A stretch of DNA of 62,139 nucleotides, counting the filler, from Sphacelaria rigidula (taxonomy: Eukaryota): NCBI GenBank assembly GCA_964200075.2. It is 11 parts of 11 records of this genome, joined end to end, with 100 filler letters (N's around TTAATTAATTAA, not from the genome) between each part and the next. Parts side by side here need not be neighbours in the genome. Positions count along the whole stretch, not along the records: positions 45,266 to 50,823 come from CAXNAA020026347.1; positions 50,924 to 56,481 come from CAXNAA020026348.1; positions 56,582 to 62,139 come from CAXNAA020026349.1; 8 more parts are not named here. The stretch is one strand, 5' to 3'. Both the position numbers and the translations under genes were made by a program. Under the pieces are notes generated by a model that worked only from the letters and a program-made list of their open reading frames with translations, ran no database searches and was not told where the DNA came from. This document shows positions 50,474 to 62,139 of this stretch, piece by piece; position 1 is the first letter of the stretch, and each line of letters starts with the position of its first letter.

Positions 50474-52596
50474 TATGGGTGCGCCTGACCCCCCAAACTG
50501 GGCAAAAAAAGTGTCACCGACCAAAATCACGAAAAGACACGAACATATCGACTTTTGGGGCTTACTGAGGCTCGTCGGGTAAAATATGCCCAACGTCATC
50601 GGAAGAGAACGACATGGATCCGAAATTCATATAGAAAACCCTACCGTTACTTCCGTCGTTGTTCCACATATGCTGCATGCCACTGCGTAGCTTTCGTCCA
50701 TGCTCACGATACGCTGGAATGCCAGGAAGCTAGTTGGGTTGATCCAACCCAACGCACACCGAGAACCCTCGGGCAAGGGCGGTACATACATTCTTTGAAC
50801 AAAGTGAGGCCTTGGTAGACCCCNNNNNNNNNNNNNNNNNNNNNNNNNNNNNNNNNNNNNNNNNNNNTTAATTAATTAANNNNNNNNNNNNNNNNNNNNN
50901 NNNNNNNNNNNNNNNNNNNNNNNCCCTTTCGGGCAATCAGGCAGAAGAAATCGTGAATTCGGTGATTTTGAGTCGCGATGATTTGTCCTAACCGTGCATG
51001 TTTTTTTTTATCCTACACTCTGATCCTGAGAAATTTGCGCTCTGAAATGACCAAAAAAAAAGCGTTTTCCGAAACTCTCCATCATCGACACTGTTTCTTC
51101 GGAGATTTCCGAATTTTTCGGGACCGGCAACGTACTCCATGGTTCTCGAATGCTTGAGATCACCCTCAACGTCCACACAGAGCAGCTATAATAGCCGAAG
51201 GAAGTATCGCGTTGCAGTCGGAATTATTCAGATTTCTCCAGAAACGAAGCTTCGGAGGAAAAAATCACGTCGCTTCGTTTTCAGAGATGTCTAAACGTGA
51301 AGTCCGAAAAGTCTGATTTTTGTTTAGATCTCTGGGGGGAAATAGCTGGAAAAAACAGAGTCGATGAAAATGGGCCTGTGAAAAAAGAGTTTACGCCGCG
51401 TCCTGCCGTAAAGGTATCGGGGTTCGCCAGATAATGAGTGAAAACAGTGACGCCGTACGTTTCGGCGATGGTAATATACTGCACTCTGAACTGCCATATA
51501 TACCACTGTAATGAACGGTGCTGTAGTATTTTATCACCTCTTGTGGTGGCACTGACAGGGTCATGTACGGCACTACACAAGTTCTGTACGGGTACTCGCA
51601 AGATTGTTCCTTGTGATACTGTCTGTACTCTCATCATATAACCGCACAGTATTACCGTATGCAGTGACGATGGAATATATATACTGCGCTGTTGTACTTC
51701 AACGATTCACTCTCTGCCTGTTCCTGAGCGTCGCAGCGTCACGAACAATGAACCGATACGGCGTACACCACCCCCCCCCTCAAGAAAATGACCCTCGCTG
51801 TACACAAATGTTTCACCAAACCCATCGCACCATTAGCACCAATCTTAACGGCGTGTGGAAAAAGCAGCCGAAAGAGCAAAGCAAGCGTCCTAAAAGCAGA
51901 GGATGTGGATCAGTCATCCCATCACGTGATGATGTCGCTATTTTGGGCGCTTGCAAATCTGACATTCGGGCGATACAACACGATCCGATCGGGCCCCTGC
52001 AAATCTGACTTTAACAAACCTGAGCCCCCCGATATTACTCGGAGTGGGGGGGGGGGCTCTGCAGATTGGGAATTTGTTCCCCCATAACTAGTCTCAAGGG
52101 GACACTTCAACCCATATTGCCTAAATAATATACGTGAGTCCATACCCTTGCGTACTAGCTCGCGGCTGCACCGGCCCTGGGCAAATGAAGCAAACGTGAT
52201 GCTCGGAGAAAAGCCAACAAAATGTCTCCTTAATTTCAGCCTCCACGCGAAGGGTCCATCTGACCCTACTCGAACGGCAAATCAACGATCAGTCTCTTAA
52301 TTTTGCCCGTGGGTAAATGTAAATGTCTGCTGCCAGATACCCGAATAACACCCCCGTTTGGAGTAACGATTGTTCGATTGTTCGATTGTTCCACGGGACT
52401 GTCAGCCGGGAAAATAAAATAAAGTGCACCGAAATGAGGGCCGGCGCCCGAAAGGTCAACCCTTTCGGACATCAACTCGGGAGTACTTGTCTGCAGTAGG
52501 GGCAAACTCGAGGAGCGCCCGGAACGAGCTGCGGCACATGATCGTAGATTAGATTCAACACACCGACACATCAACACATCAACACATCAACACATC

Positions 52597-52655
<59 letters not shown>
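52597..52655. repeat. (CA)n microsatellite
   Basis: About 29 CA units. Confidence 0.95.
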
Positions 52656-52658
<3 letters not shown>

Positions 52659-52744
52659 ACTGAATCGAGCCAACTCCTCTTCAGCAGAACAGAACTGCAA
52701 ATATGACCCACCATACGTAGGGCAAAACCAAGCAAAATGCCCAC

Positions 52745-53350
52745 CTGAAAGTTCCCACGCCCGCCAAGCTCCCCACCTCCGCCGAGAACCGGAAATCTAC
52801 CAAGATTCAACCCTCCGAAAGCAGACGCCGCGATACCAGTACCCCCACGCCCTGGCCCGGCACCATCCCCCCTCCCCCCTCCCCTACCCGCAGGCACCGA
52901 AAACGCACTGCTGGAGCTTTGACTATGCGGATCCCACGCCGCGGTGGTCGACTTGGGTAGGCCAGGCGTGTGAGGGGGGGACACACCAGGGTCACCCCCG
53001 ACGGAAGAAATACCTCCCACGCCCGAGATCTCGTTGCCAGTGCCCAACCCTAACCCGCCGTGACTGTGTCCACCTGCATCGCCCATGTAGTCGGCGGCAC
53101 CCCCCGCGGCGTGGCCGTTTGATCGCGGGGACGGCGGCCCGAGGGCTGCAGACACTGGGGGCATAGCGACGGCAGCGCCCGGACGAGGCAAGGGCTTGAC
53201 AACAAATTTCTGGGCCGGACTGGAGAGGATTGCCATCACTTCGTTGTCGGCGGATGCATCATCGACTGACTGTTGATGTGGATGTTGATGTTGGTGTCCA
53301 TGTTGGTGTCCATGTTGGTGGTGTTGCATATTTTGTGCTGCTCCTGCTGT

Positions 53351-53381
<31 letters not shown>

Positions 53382-53410
53382 TGCTCTCTCTCCCCAGGCC
53401 CTGGCAGCAT
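52745..53410 (-). CDS. Probable first coding exon of an unknown protein (poly-Ala, His/Gln and Gly-rich N-terminus)
   Basis: ACCATG start, 222 open codons, CAG/GTGGGC donor. Confidence 0.7.
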
Positions 53411-56400
53411 GGTCGGCTTGGTGTTCCGTCTACGACGTGTTGGTTGCCGTTGTCGACGAGGAGATAGCACCGCGACCACTTCACAGACACTTCACAGAGC
53501 TTGATTAAACTTTCCCGTATGTTCGTACAAGCCCCCTGTCTACCTAACTCTAACGGAAGAAGCACAGAAGTTCGCGGCCTGCTCTTTCTGGTGAGTCCCG
53601 CGAGGGACCTCGCCGACAGCGGCCGCTCTTTATGTGCTGCTGGTTGCGGACAGTTTGCGCCGACTGCCGCGATGGTAGCGGACAATCTTTCGCTGTTCTG
53701 TGCCTCCCTTCTCCCTCTATGGCATGCAGCTGCGTGACGACGAACGATTGCGTCGCAACCTCACGGAAACTTGCAAATGGCTGTCGTCCCTGCCTCCCAC
53801 CTTCCTTGCGGAGACTGCGGCTCTCTGTTAGCTGCTGCCTTTCCCTCCAGACCGCGCCGACACGTCGCGCCGCTGCGCCCCTCCCCTCTTATCTCCCTTC
53901 TGAACTTCAACGTTGGTCGGCCGGTGTTGTGGCAAACCCACACTCCCCTGAACAACAACAGTTCAGATGGCATCACGAGTGTGTGTGTTTTCGGTCGTTT
54001 GAGATATTGATGCTACACAAACAACCCCGCCGGAAAAGTTTCGAGTTTGTTGTATACACTGAGAGATAGTGTACGACAATCAACCCATCAAACTCCAACA
54101 GAATAGATGAAAGGATGGGATGTGTGTTTGGGCATCAATCAGCGCAACCCAATACAGGCGGCCGCAGCATGAAATGCGCCGGACACGTTTTGTTTTTTCC
54201 CTTGCCGTTGAGGTGACTATTGTAGCAGGTTCGATGAGGGAACGCGCACACTTGTCGACAGTTAAAAGGTGGTGCTTCACGAGGGCTACGAAATCTGAGT
54301 GCAAGGGTTGGAGGTGTCAAAATATACGATACCAACCCACTCGCCGACACAGAGGCCGTGCCACTTCAAAACAGCACAGCAATGCTCCATTTGTCAGATG
54401 CTGTATTGGCAGGAGCAGGACGGTCTAGCTCGCAAAGCTGCCATACCCACAGTGATTAAATAGGCAACGTTCCTCTTCACACCACCCCTGTCCTGTTTGC
54501 TCGTTTCCTTCCAGAAGAACTGTCGCCAACCAGTCGGCTAAAAGCACCAAGCAGTCCCCCTGCATTCAGTACTGTAGGGATAATCAACCTTCTCCGATGA
54601 TAACTTGGACAGGACGAGAGGACTTGACTGTCTGTACGACTTCTGACAGTGTGTTAGTTGTTTGTTCAAAAAACAAGCGCGCGCGTGTGACGCTTCTAGG
54701 CATGGCCGCACGAGTAAGAAGGCCCGAGCCCGTAGACATTCATCACTGTACCGAGGATCTGTGTGGGAACACCACCGCCACCCTACAAAACATCCGCGCA
54801 GTGCAGACAGTACAGACAACAGTGCAGTATTAGAGTACTGTACTCCAGGAGGCTGAACAATAATGACGCGCCGAAGTTTTCGCGTACAGCAGGATTGGCC
54901 GTTGGCCAGTGCCAGAAAATGTGCAAGAGTAGAAAAAGTGGAGGCCGAAGGTGCCATAGACCAATGCTCGCCAACTCTCGGGGGTTCGGCCAGCACTTTT
55001 CTAAACAGCGCCGACAGCTAGCACGTACGCCTGGCTACTGGGAAAGCCATGCGTGGTGGGGGCTACAGTCCTACCCCAGGACTTTTGAGGGAAAGTATTA
55101 CACTCCCCCGAAACGCTTAACGCACGCAAACATACACGCCGTTTGGTTTTCACCGCGCCCAGAGACAGGTTGGACACTCTTTGGTAAAATGTACATAGAA
55201 GAAAGAGTGTACAGTACGCACAAAAATGTTTTTTTTTGCAGGACAATTTTTTGCTTGTGTGTGTTTGTGTGTGTTTCGCTCTAGGGTCATAGACAGGAAG
55301 CAGCGTTTGGTTCCCAAGAGAACTGCAATGAAAGCCCCCGCTGCTTCCATCCTCCATGCACACTACCACGACTTCCACGCCTAGGTCCCTTATCCTTGTC
55401 TGAAGGTGTTCACAATCGTGCGTGCTCACCTGCTGCTTGACGTGAAGAGTGCGCCGATACTCCAGATGAGGGATGAGGCGAGAAACAGCACAGAAACCTG
55501 CCCGTGTTAATCAATGATGTGTGGGTCGAAACAAAAACGCATTACATTAGAAACCCGTATTCGGAGTGTGGAGCTTTGAATCCTCCACACTAAATCCGAT
55601 AATGTAACGGATTGTCGGTATCTCCCCGCTCTTTCCTCCTTCGAGACATGTCGAACTGCCGGAAAGTCAATGATCGATGATCGACAAGGGCTACGGCAGT
55701 GGCCTGGAATACTTACCTCAATTATCATCTGTAAGTCTAACCGCGCGAATCTTGCTTCTCTTCCTGCTGCTTGATCTTCCAAATACACTAGGTGAGCCAA
55801 TGCGGAGTACTGTACTGGTTGTTCGGGAGATTGCTCGGCATATCGAAGATGACGGTATACAACACCCTCTACGTTGCTTGATACCGTAGTTGCTGTGACT
55901 TCATTTCTCCGAAACACAAGAGCAGCGGCGCGGAGCACCCCACTTGCGACTGTGCCTCCAAAATCCACAGGCTAAATCTAACCCTACCCCTAATTTTCTC
56001 AGGATTCGCTGTGTATGCCTCTGCAGAAGTCAAGGCCACAACAAGCTTTAGGTAACTTGATATCCCTGAGGCCACGTTTTGTCTTCAAGTCATATATATT
56101 GTTTCCACAGCTATGCATGGAGACTCCAGCACGGACAGCATGCTCAGTGGCCAACAACAAACAAGTGTGCAGTACAGACGGCACACAGTGTAGTTAGAGC
56201 AGGCCAGGCTAGTAGCGTGGCAACTAGTACTGGTGCTGAGCGGTTGGTCGCCGGTTGATTCTAAGCGAACATGAACGGTATGCGGTACAGAGGTACCTGT
56301 ACTGTAGGATAGACAAAGCGCCAGCTTGCAGTCACAGACAGCGGCAGCATGTTTCGCGACACGTCATTGAATCTCTGCCCGCGCAGCATCGTGTAGCGCC

Positions 56401-56737
56401 ACGCAGACGTTGAAACACTTCACGGTTAGGACAAATCATCACGACTCAAAATCACCAAATTCCCGATTTCTTCGGCCTTATNNNNNNNNNNNNNNNNNNN
56501 NNNNNNNNNNNNNNNNNNNNNNNNNTTAATTAATTAANNNNNNNNNNNNNNNNNNNNNNNNNNNNNNNNNNNNNNNNNNNNCAGGGACGGTATTGGAAAG
56601 GCGAGCCCACGTCTGTGACCACGGATTCGCGAGATCGGACTAATGTGCGGAAATAATATTAGTAACAAAACATTTGTATTTAGATGTTCATTACTCTCAT
56701 ACATATGTGGTCTCCACAGTATATACATATACTGTAC

Positions 56738-56769
<32 letters not shown>

Positions 56770-59436
56770 TTCTGCGGCGGTAGGGTCAGCCCGGCAACGC
56801 CACCGGATGAAAATCCCCAACTGTCGAAACATCCGATAGGGCCTACAGCTGACCTCGGCGGCAAGCTGCCGATGACCAAAATACATTCCGGCGCCGTCCG
56901 CCGAAAACACCTGAAATTCGATGCGCTGCCGCAGCACCGCACCATTTTCCCCCCTGACCGGCAAATAAGACTCCTTCAAACCGGTGTGTGTACAGCTGTG
57001 TGGTACAAGTGGCACGAAAGACTTGACTGGTGTTCTGGGCTCTGGGCGCATGCTTACATGTACAGCAGACCCGTTTCTGGGCATATGCTTACATGAGCAA
57101 TCGAGTGATACCGCCACAGTTCCCCCCCAAACCAACCCCAAAACTGCCGGGAAGAAAACGAACATACAGTGCATGATAGCTGGTTTTAGACTGCATGGAG
57201 CGCCTCATATGGCGACATTGGCGAGAAGGAATCCCAGCGTCGAAGTTCCCAGCGGCTCGGTGCGCTCAGCCTCTGTCGTTTCGATTCACATGTAGATCTT
57301 GCCTCCTCAAACCAGCCACTTTGCTTTGGGGGGGAGGGGGCTATCGTGGCATAAGTCAACCATTGAACATAGATGCAAACGGGAGAACAGTTGGTAAGGC
57401 AAGGGATATCGTGAATAAAAGGAGTTTGAGCGTGCTACTCTCCGCCACGGCCGGCTCAGCGTTCTCGATCAGAGAGTCGAGGGAAAGAAGCCTGAGGATA
57501 TGAACCAGGAGGGGTGGGCTGCATCATGCCCCTGTCGGCTGAACCCACAGCGAAGTATGACTTGGAACACGGGCACGGTCGCAAGCAGCTCAGATGCATG
57601 GAAAGAAGAAGTAACGAGAAACGAATTAATACGCACCCTACCGTACACATCAGACACATAGACGCCCTTGCTCTGCACCATTGGAGGGAGGAGGGGCGTA
57701 CTTATGATATTGTATGCCGTGGTCATATGACCATGGACCTCGCACCCCTACAAAGCCGGGACGGAGCACGCCAGGGTTTTGCCTGACCAGGCTCGCAATC
57801 AATCACCAAGCGCGAAGCGCCGTGGCGTGTTCAGCGAGTCGCATGAAGGGTGGACTGCATCCTGCTAGATTGTTCGACCCGAAGCGTACTGGTAAACTTG
57901 CCTTTGAATGACAGCCTCCAATGAGTTGCTTCATTTTCTGGTATCGCCACTATCAGAGACAGCCACAGCTTATACACTGCCTCATGAGTGTCTCACCATT
58001 TAGACACCACGTAGTACGGCCATCTCCTTCGCGCGGAATTAAGGCTCTCCCACCTCACACGATATGATCCAGGCCGATCACCATCATGGTTACCGCAAAA
58101 AAATGAAAGCGCGCAAAACAAACGGTAACCTGGTTGCCTAGCTTACGCAGTGAGTGGCGTGTTTTACGTCGTCATCGCCAACCGACGCCAACCCCATAGG
58201 AGGTACGTCCCTACATAGCCGGGACGGAGCAAGGCGGGTACGCTGGACCAGGCTCTTTTTAGGGGGGGTGGGGTGTTGGGTGGGGGGCAAGGGGACACTC
58301 AGTCTGTCATCCCCTAGTTTATAACCAAGGCGTTGACGGATGCGGTCAGTTGCTGTGTACACAAATCTTTGGCATGGAGACCGCTGAGATGGCGGACGCG
58401 CCGCCCCCCCAAGCCCATCTTCAGCAGCTCATGTTACCATGATTACATTTATGGGATCATGTCCTGGTTGAGTTCCTCGGGTACCCACCAGCAGCCCGAG
58501 CAAGTGTGGCAAGGCGTGAAGTGATGTTGCTACTTTGACTACTGGCTGTCGCTACCGCGCGCTCGTGTGCATATATGCGTGTGAGCGTGGCCGGCACCCG
58601 AGGTCATCGGGACAGAGCAGAAGAGTAGCACAGGAAGCAAACATACGAACGCCAAAAACCCACCAGACTTCTCGGTTTTTATCAGTGTGTCTTGATGCAT
58701 TCCTTCAACAATACTTCACAAAGAGAATCACAAAAAGTAACGACCATTTCGAAACATGCCCTTCGAGAGAGGGCGCGCGCGCGCGGGGGGGGGGGATGTA
58801 CTCATGATCATGCATGCCATAGTGATGAGACCATTGATCTCGCATCCCTATAAAGCCGGGACGGAGCACGCCGGGTTTTCACCGGATCAGGCTTGGGGGG
58901 GGGAGGGGGGGGGAGGGGGCTACGTATTTAGAAAATTTCTCCCGGCAGACCCTTGAGAAGCCTGCTATTATCTCGACCATGTTGAATCTCCAGCTGTAAC
59001 CGATGCGGAACCGCTCATGTAATAAGACGTACACGGTTCACACGTCACGGTAAGAAAGGCAAATCGTTTATCTCAAACCGTCAATTCACTCGGGAAGACA
59101 TTCTCAATCAACAACCTACTGAACGCAGTAATTCTAGAGCGTCCGTACCTTCTTACTCTTCAGTAGTCGCGGCCAATCACAGGCTTCGTGCACGTCGAGC
59201 TTAAAGTTCGCAGTCTGGGCCAGAATCCTGCCCGCAGTTGACACGACTGCCGTTTCCAAGAACCTGCGGTAAATATGAGTGTAGCAGCAAGAGAGAACAG
59301 AAAATACACAGGAAGACGGACAACCGTCACGTTGCTACAACACAAGACTGTGTTTCCTTTATGCGTGCAAATATTATCCGTGACACAGCCAGCGTGAATA
59401 CACACCCCATTGCCAAGAATCCACCAATCAGTATCT

Positions 59437-61015
59437 ACGAGACGCACGCTCCGGCGGCTTGCTCCACCTAATACGTTGAAGCTCAAAGAACACTCAGAAT
59501 TAAGCGCACCTGTGCTTTGGATCCTCGGCAAATGTCTCCAATGCCTCTTGCCACGTCGTACTGCAAGATTCAGAAGTCCCTACCCCACCTCCTCCTGCCG
59601 ACTGGCCCCTCTGTTTTCCCGTACTATGGTCGACCCTGGATACATCCTGCTCTGACCCGCTGATCCTCACTAAGTCTGAGAAATGAACACCTTGTTCTAC
59701 GACCCGGCGGCGCTCGGTGCCCCCGTCCGCCCCGTCCGATGTCAACAAAATTCCAGCCGGGGTGGAATGAATTTGGGGAGGAATTAGCGTGTTTCTTACG
59801 GAGAAATGTGGGTTTGTGCTGTTACTGGCATCTCCAGCACTGGTCCTGGTTTTCTCCAGCGAGTTCTCCGCCGAAACTGTCGAGGGTATTTCAGGGTGTG
59901 GAGAGGAGTTTTTGCTGGTGCCGTCCTCGGTGACGGGCACGGCAAGGAGTGATGAACGAGTCCAGAGACGGCTACAACAAGCATCAAACCACGAGGCGAC
60001 ATATCGGACCACGACGTTACCGCCTGCAGCTGGTGTCGGCGGAATTAGCTGCGTAGATAGTCTGGCCACCCCCGTGTCGTTGCAGTACGAGTTGCAGGAT
60101 GCAGTATTATCGCCCCTGGATTTCGTGGGGTCGACAGACGATAACACGTCCGGTGATGGGGATGTCCATGTGGACGAAGGAAAAACGTCCATCGAAGATC
60201 GTTGGCCTGTGATCCGCCCAAGGCCCCCTTTGAAAATTTCCAGTATACGCTGGGCACATGCTGGGTCTGGTCGTTCTACACACCCGCCTCGTCTTCCGTT
60301 GGTTTCCGTAGCACGCACCCGTCGAAGTAGTCGATGGTGAGCCTTATTGTCGATATGGTGAGAGAGGGGAACGACCGTTCGACCCCGTCCGGCAAGTTGG
60401 TAACTGCTCGGTATGTGAGCCGAAGATTCTCGACTTATTCTCATCACCTTCCTCTTGATTTTCCCGAACAAACGCCACTTAATCATCCATCCTACTGCAA
60501 TCAGCCACACAGCGACCTGTGTGCGTACGTTTATGTTCAGCGGATAGATCAACGGGTAGTCAGTTCGTACAGTACGCCTTAGGGACGCCAACAGCCCTAC
60601 ATCTGAGCTCACCCCTGCTTACTTGACCGATACCCTTGGTAATACTTCAGGTACGTGTAGTGTGTACAAACAGGTCAACCAGTGCAGCACACACGTTCGT
60701 ATCAAGCTAGTACAAAAACAAGAAGTCAACACATCTATTCTAAGGTGCACTACTTGCATGTATTGCACTGTGTGCAGTTGCCAGAGCAGCTACTCCGGTG
60801 GTACGGGACTAACGGTCGGCTGACTGCAGACCCCAGCAGCGCCAATTCGAAGTGTAATATGGTGACCAATTCGAAGCGTATGCCGAGCAATGTGCGCCTG
60901 TTTCGCGCTTGATAGGCATATTTGCAAGCATCTGGTGGTGAGATCACAAGTACACGCTGCGCTAGAAGTGCACCATCATAAATGTTTGTAGCTACCGCCG
61001 GTGGTCGCGTGTCGT
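59437..61015 (+). ncRNA. Putative large structured RNA element 5 (unclassified; may extend to about 58930-61660)
   Basis: Ladder of long-range helices 59437-59627 with 60798-61015, plus dense internal hairpins. Confidence 0.5.
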
Positions 61016-62139
61016 GCTTCCCGCTAGTTGCTTTGTTTTTTTGGAGGGGGGGGGGTTGGAGGGGGGCGCCGTTTTTTTGGGGTGTTCCATGTACTGGAAT
61101 AAGAGTTTATGAATAGGCTTTGAGCATTGTGAACTGAGCCACGTGGTGAAGATGATTTCTGGCTCGTGAGGGCGAAGCGGAAGCATTGAAGAAAGAAGGC
61201 GGTGAGGCCCTAGTCTTGGACACTAAATACACTAACGTACCCAGGTGATCAATATAGGCTCGAAGCATGGAGTAGGCTGTTCATCCGGGTGGTGTTCATG
61301 GTTTTCAGGGATATTGAATTGAACGCGAGTAGCAAAAAAATGTGGACAAATATCGACGCCTTACGGAAGCGCCGACATAGTCGTCGATGCGGAAGTTTCA
61401 GGAATGTACCGGGTGGGACATAGGTTTATCTCTTGAGGCCATCGACTCGTCCTGAAGAGGGCCAGGGATTGAAAATATAACGAGAGAGAAAGAAATGAGA
61501 TAGTTCGTTCTGAGCGCACGGGCGAATCACGGCTGGCTGGCAGTCGTTCCTGATGTGAGATCAAGGGGCAGAGTTAGTGCTACACAGCGGTGAGCGTATT
61601 CTCTTTGGGCTATCTCAGGGAAACGACACTGCTGTCTTCTAGGACAGCGATGATCCTCACGTTTCGCTCCTGAGTCATGCTGGGATGGGGAGAGGTGGGG
61701 GCAGGGAGGGGATAGGGAGAGTTGATTTCACGGAGGAAGGGGGTTTATAGGTGTGTCAGACTAGTAGACACTCACACGTGGACAGATAGCACCCTGTGGG
61801 GCACGTCTACAGGGCTCAGGGAAACTGTGCAGTGTTTGTCGCGGGGATTTGGCTGTAGGTTTTGTTTTCGCGCCGCACAGTACGCTTCACAGGGTTTCGT
61901 CACCTCGAATACTGTCCATTGTTGTTGATATGCTGTACAGCCTTTATAGCGCACATACAATATACTCCATACAGCATGGGCATGGTACTGGCAGAAAAAA
62001 ACGGTTGAGAAATTGCAGCGGTAGGAAGAAACTCACGATAGTGGGACCGCGAGTGCAACCTGTTGGACATTGAGCAACAAGATTTAACAACAAATTGTGA
62101 GAATTGAGGTTTAACTTCGAGATGAGGCTCAAGCCTAAA

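Noticed and set aside
55714..55950. Possible minus-strand exon ending at GAG/GTAAGT
   Set aside because: Good donor but no codon bias or homology I can support.
60870..60905. Group II intron domain V-like hairpin
   Set aside because: AGC triad pairing and bulge geometry do not fit; no GUGYG start or domain VI found.
1..62139. CRISPR-like array or prokaryotic operon
   Set aside because: No repeat-spacer array; the regular 5658-bp period is the artificial linker; genes have spliceosomal introns.

Overview
Eukaryotic nuclear DNA, probably a brown alga or other stramenopile (inferred from long spliceosomal introns, the repeat landscape and TTAGGG-type repeats). The window is not contiguous: it is 11 unlinked contigs of 5558-5559 bp joined by ten 100-bp N/TTAATTAATTAA/N linkers. 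Supported genes, all partial: eIF1A (3 exons), mitochondrial complex I ESSS/NDUFB11-like subunit (2 exons), an FHA-domain protein (4 exons) and two low-complexity exons. Mobile DNA: two degenerate copies of one chromodomain Ty3/Gypsy family, a Ty1/Copia RT-RNaseH remnant, a LINE RT remnant, tRNA-derived SINE heads and several foldback MITEs. The most striking signal is five 1-1.7 kb segments in four contigs with no recognisable protein. Each folds by eye on the + strand into dense G.U-rich hairpins held by ladders of nested long-range helices, suggesting an unrecognised class of large structured RNA elements (possibly LARD-like retroelement cores). Also notable are a Tf1-type self-priming structure in the Gypsy leader and a 370-nt sense-strand intronic hairpin (pre-miRNA candidate). 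All RNA structures were found by manual pairing and are not computed.
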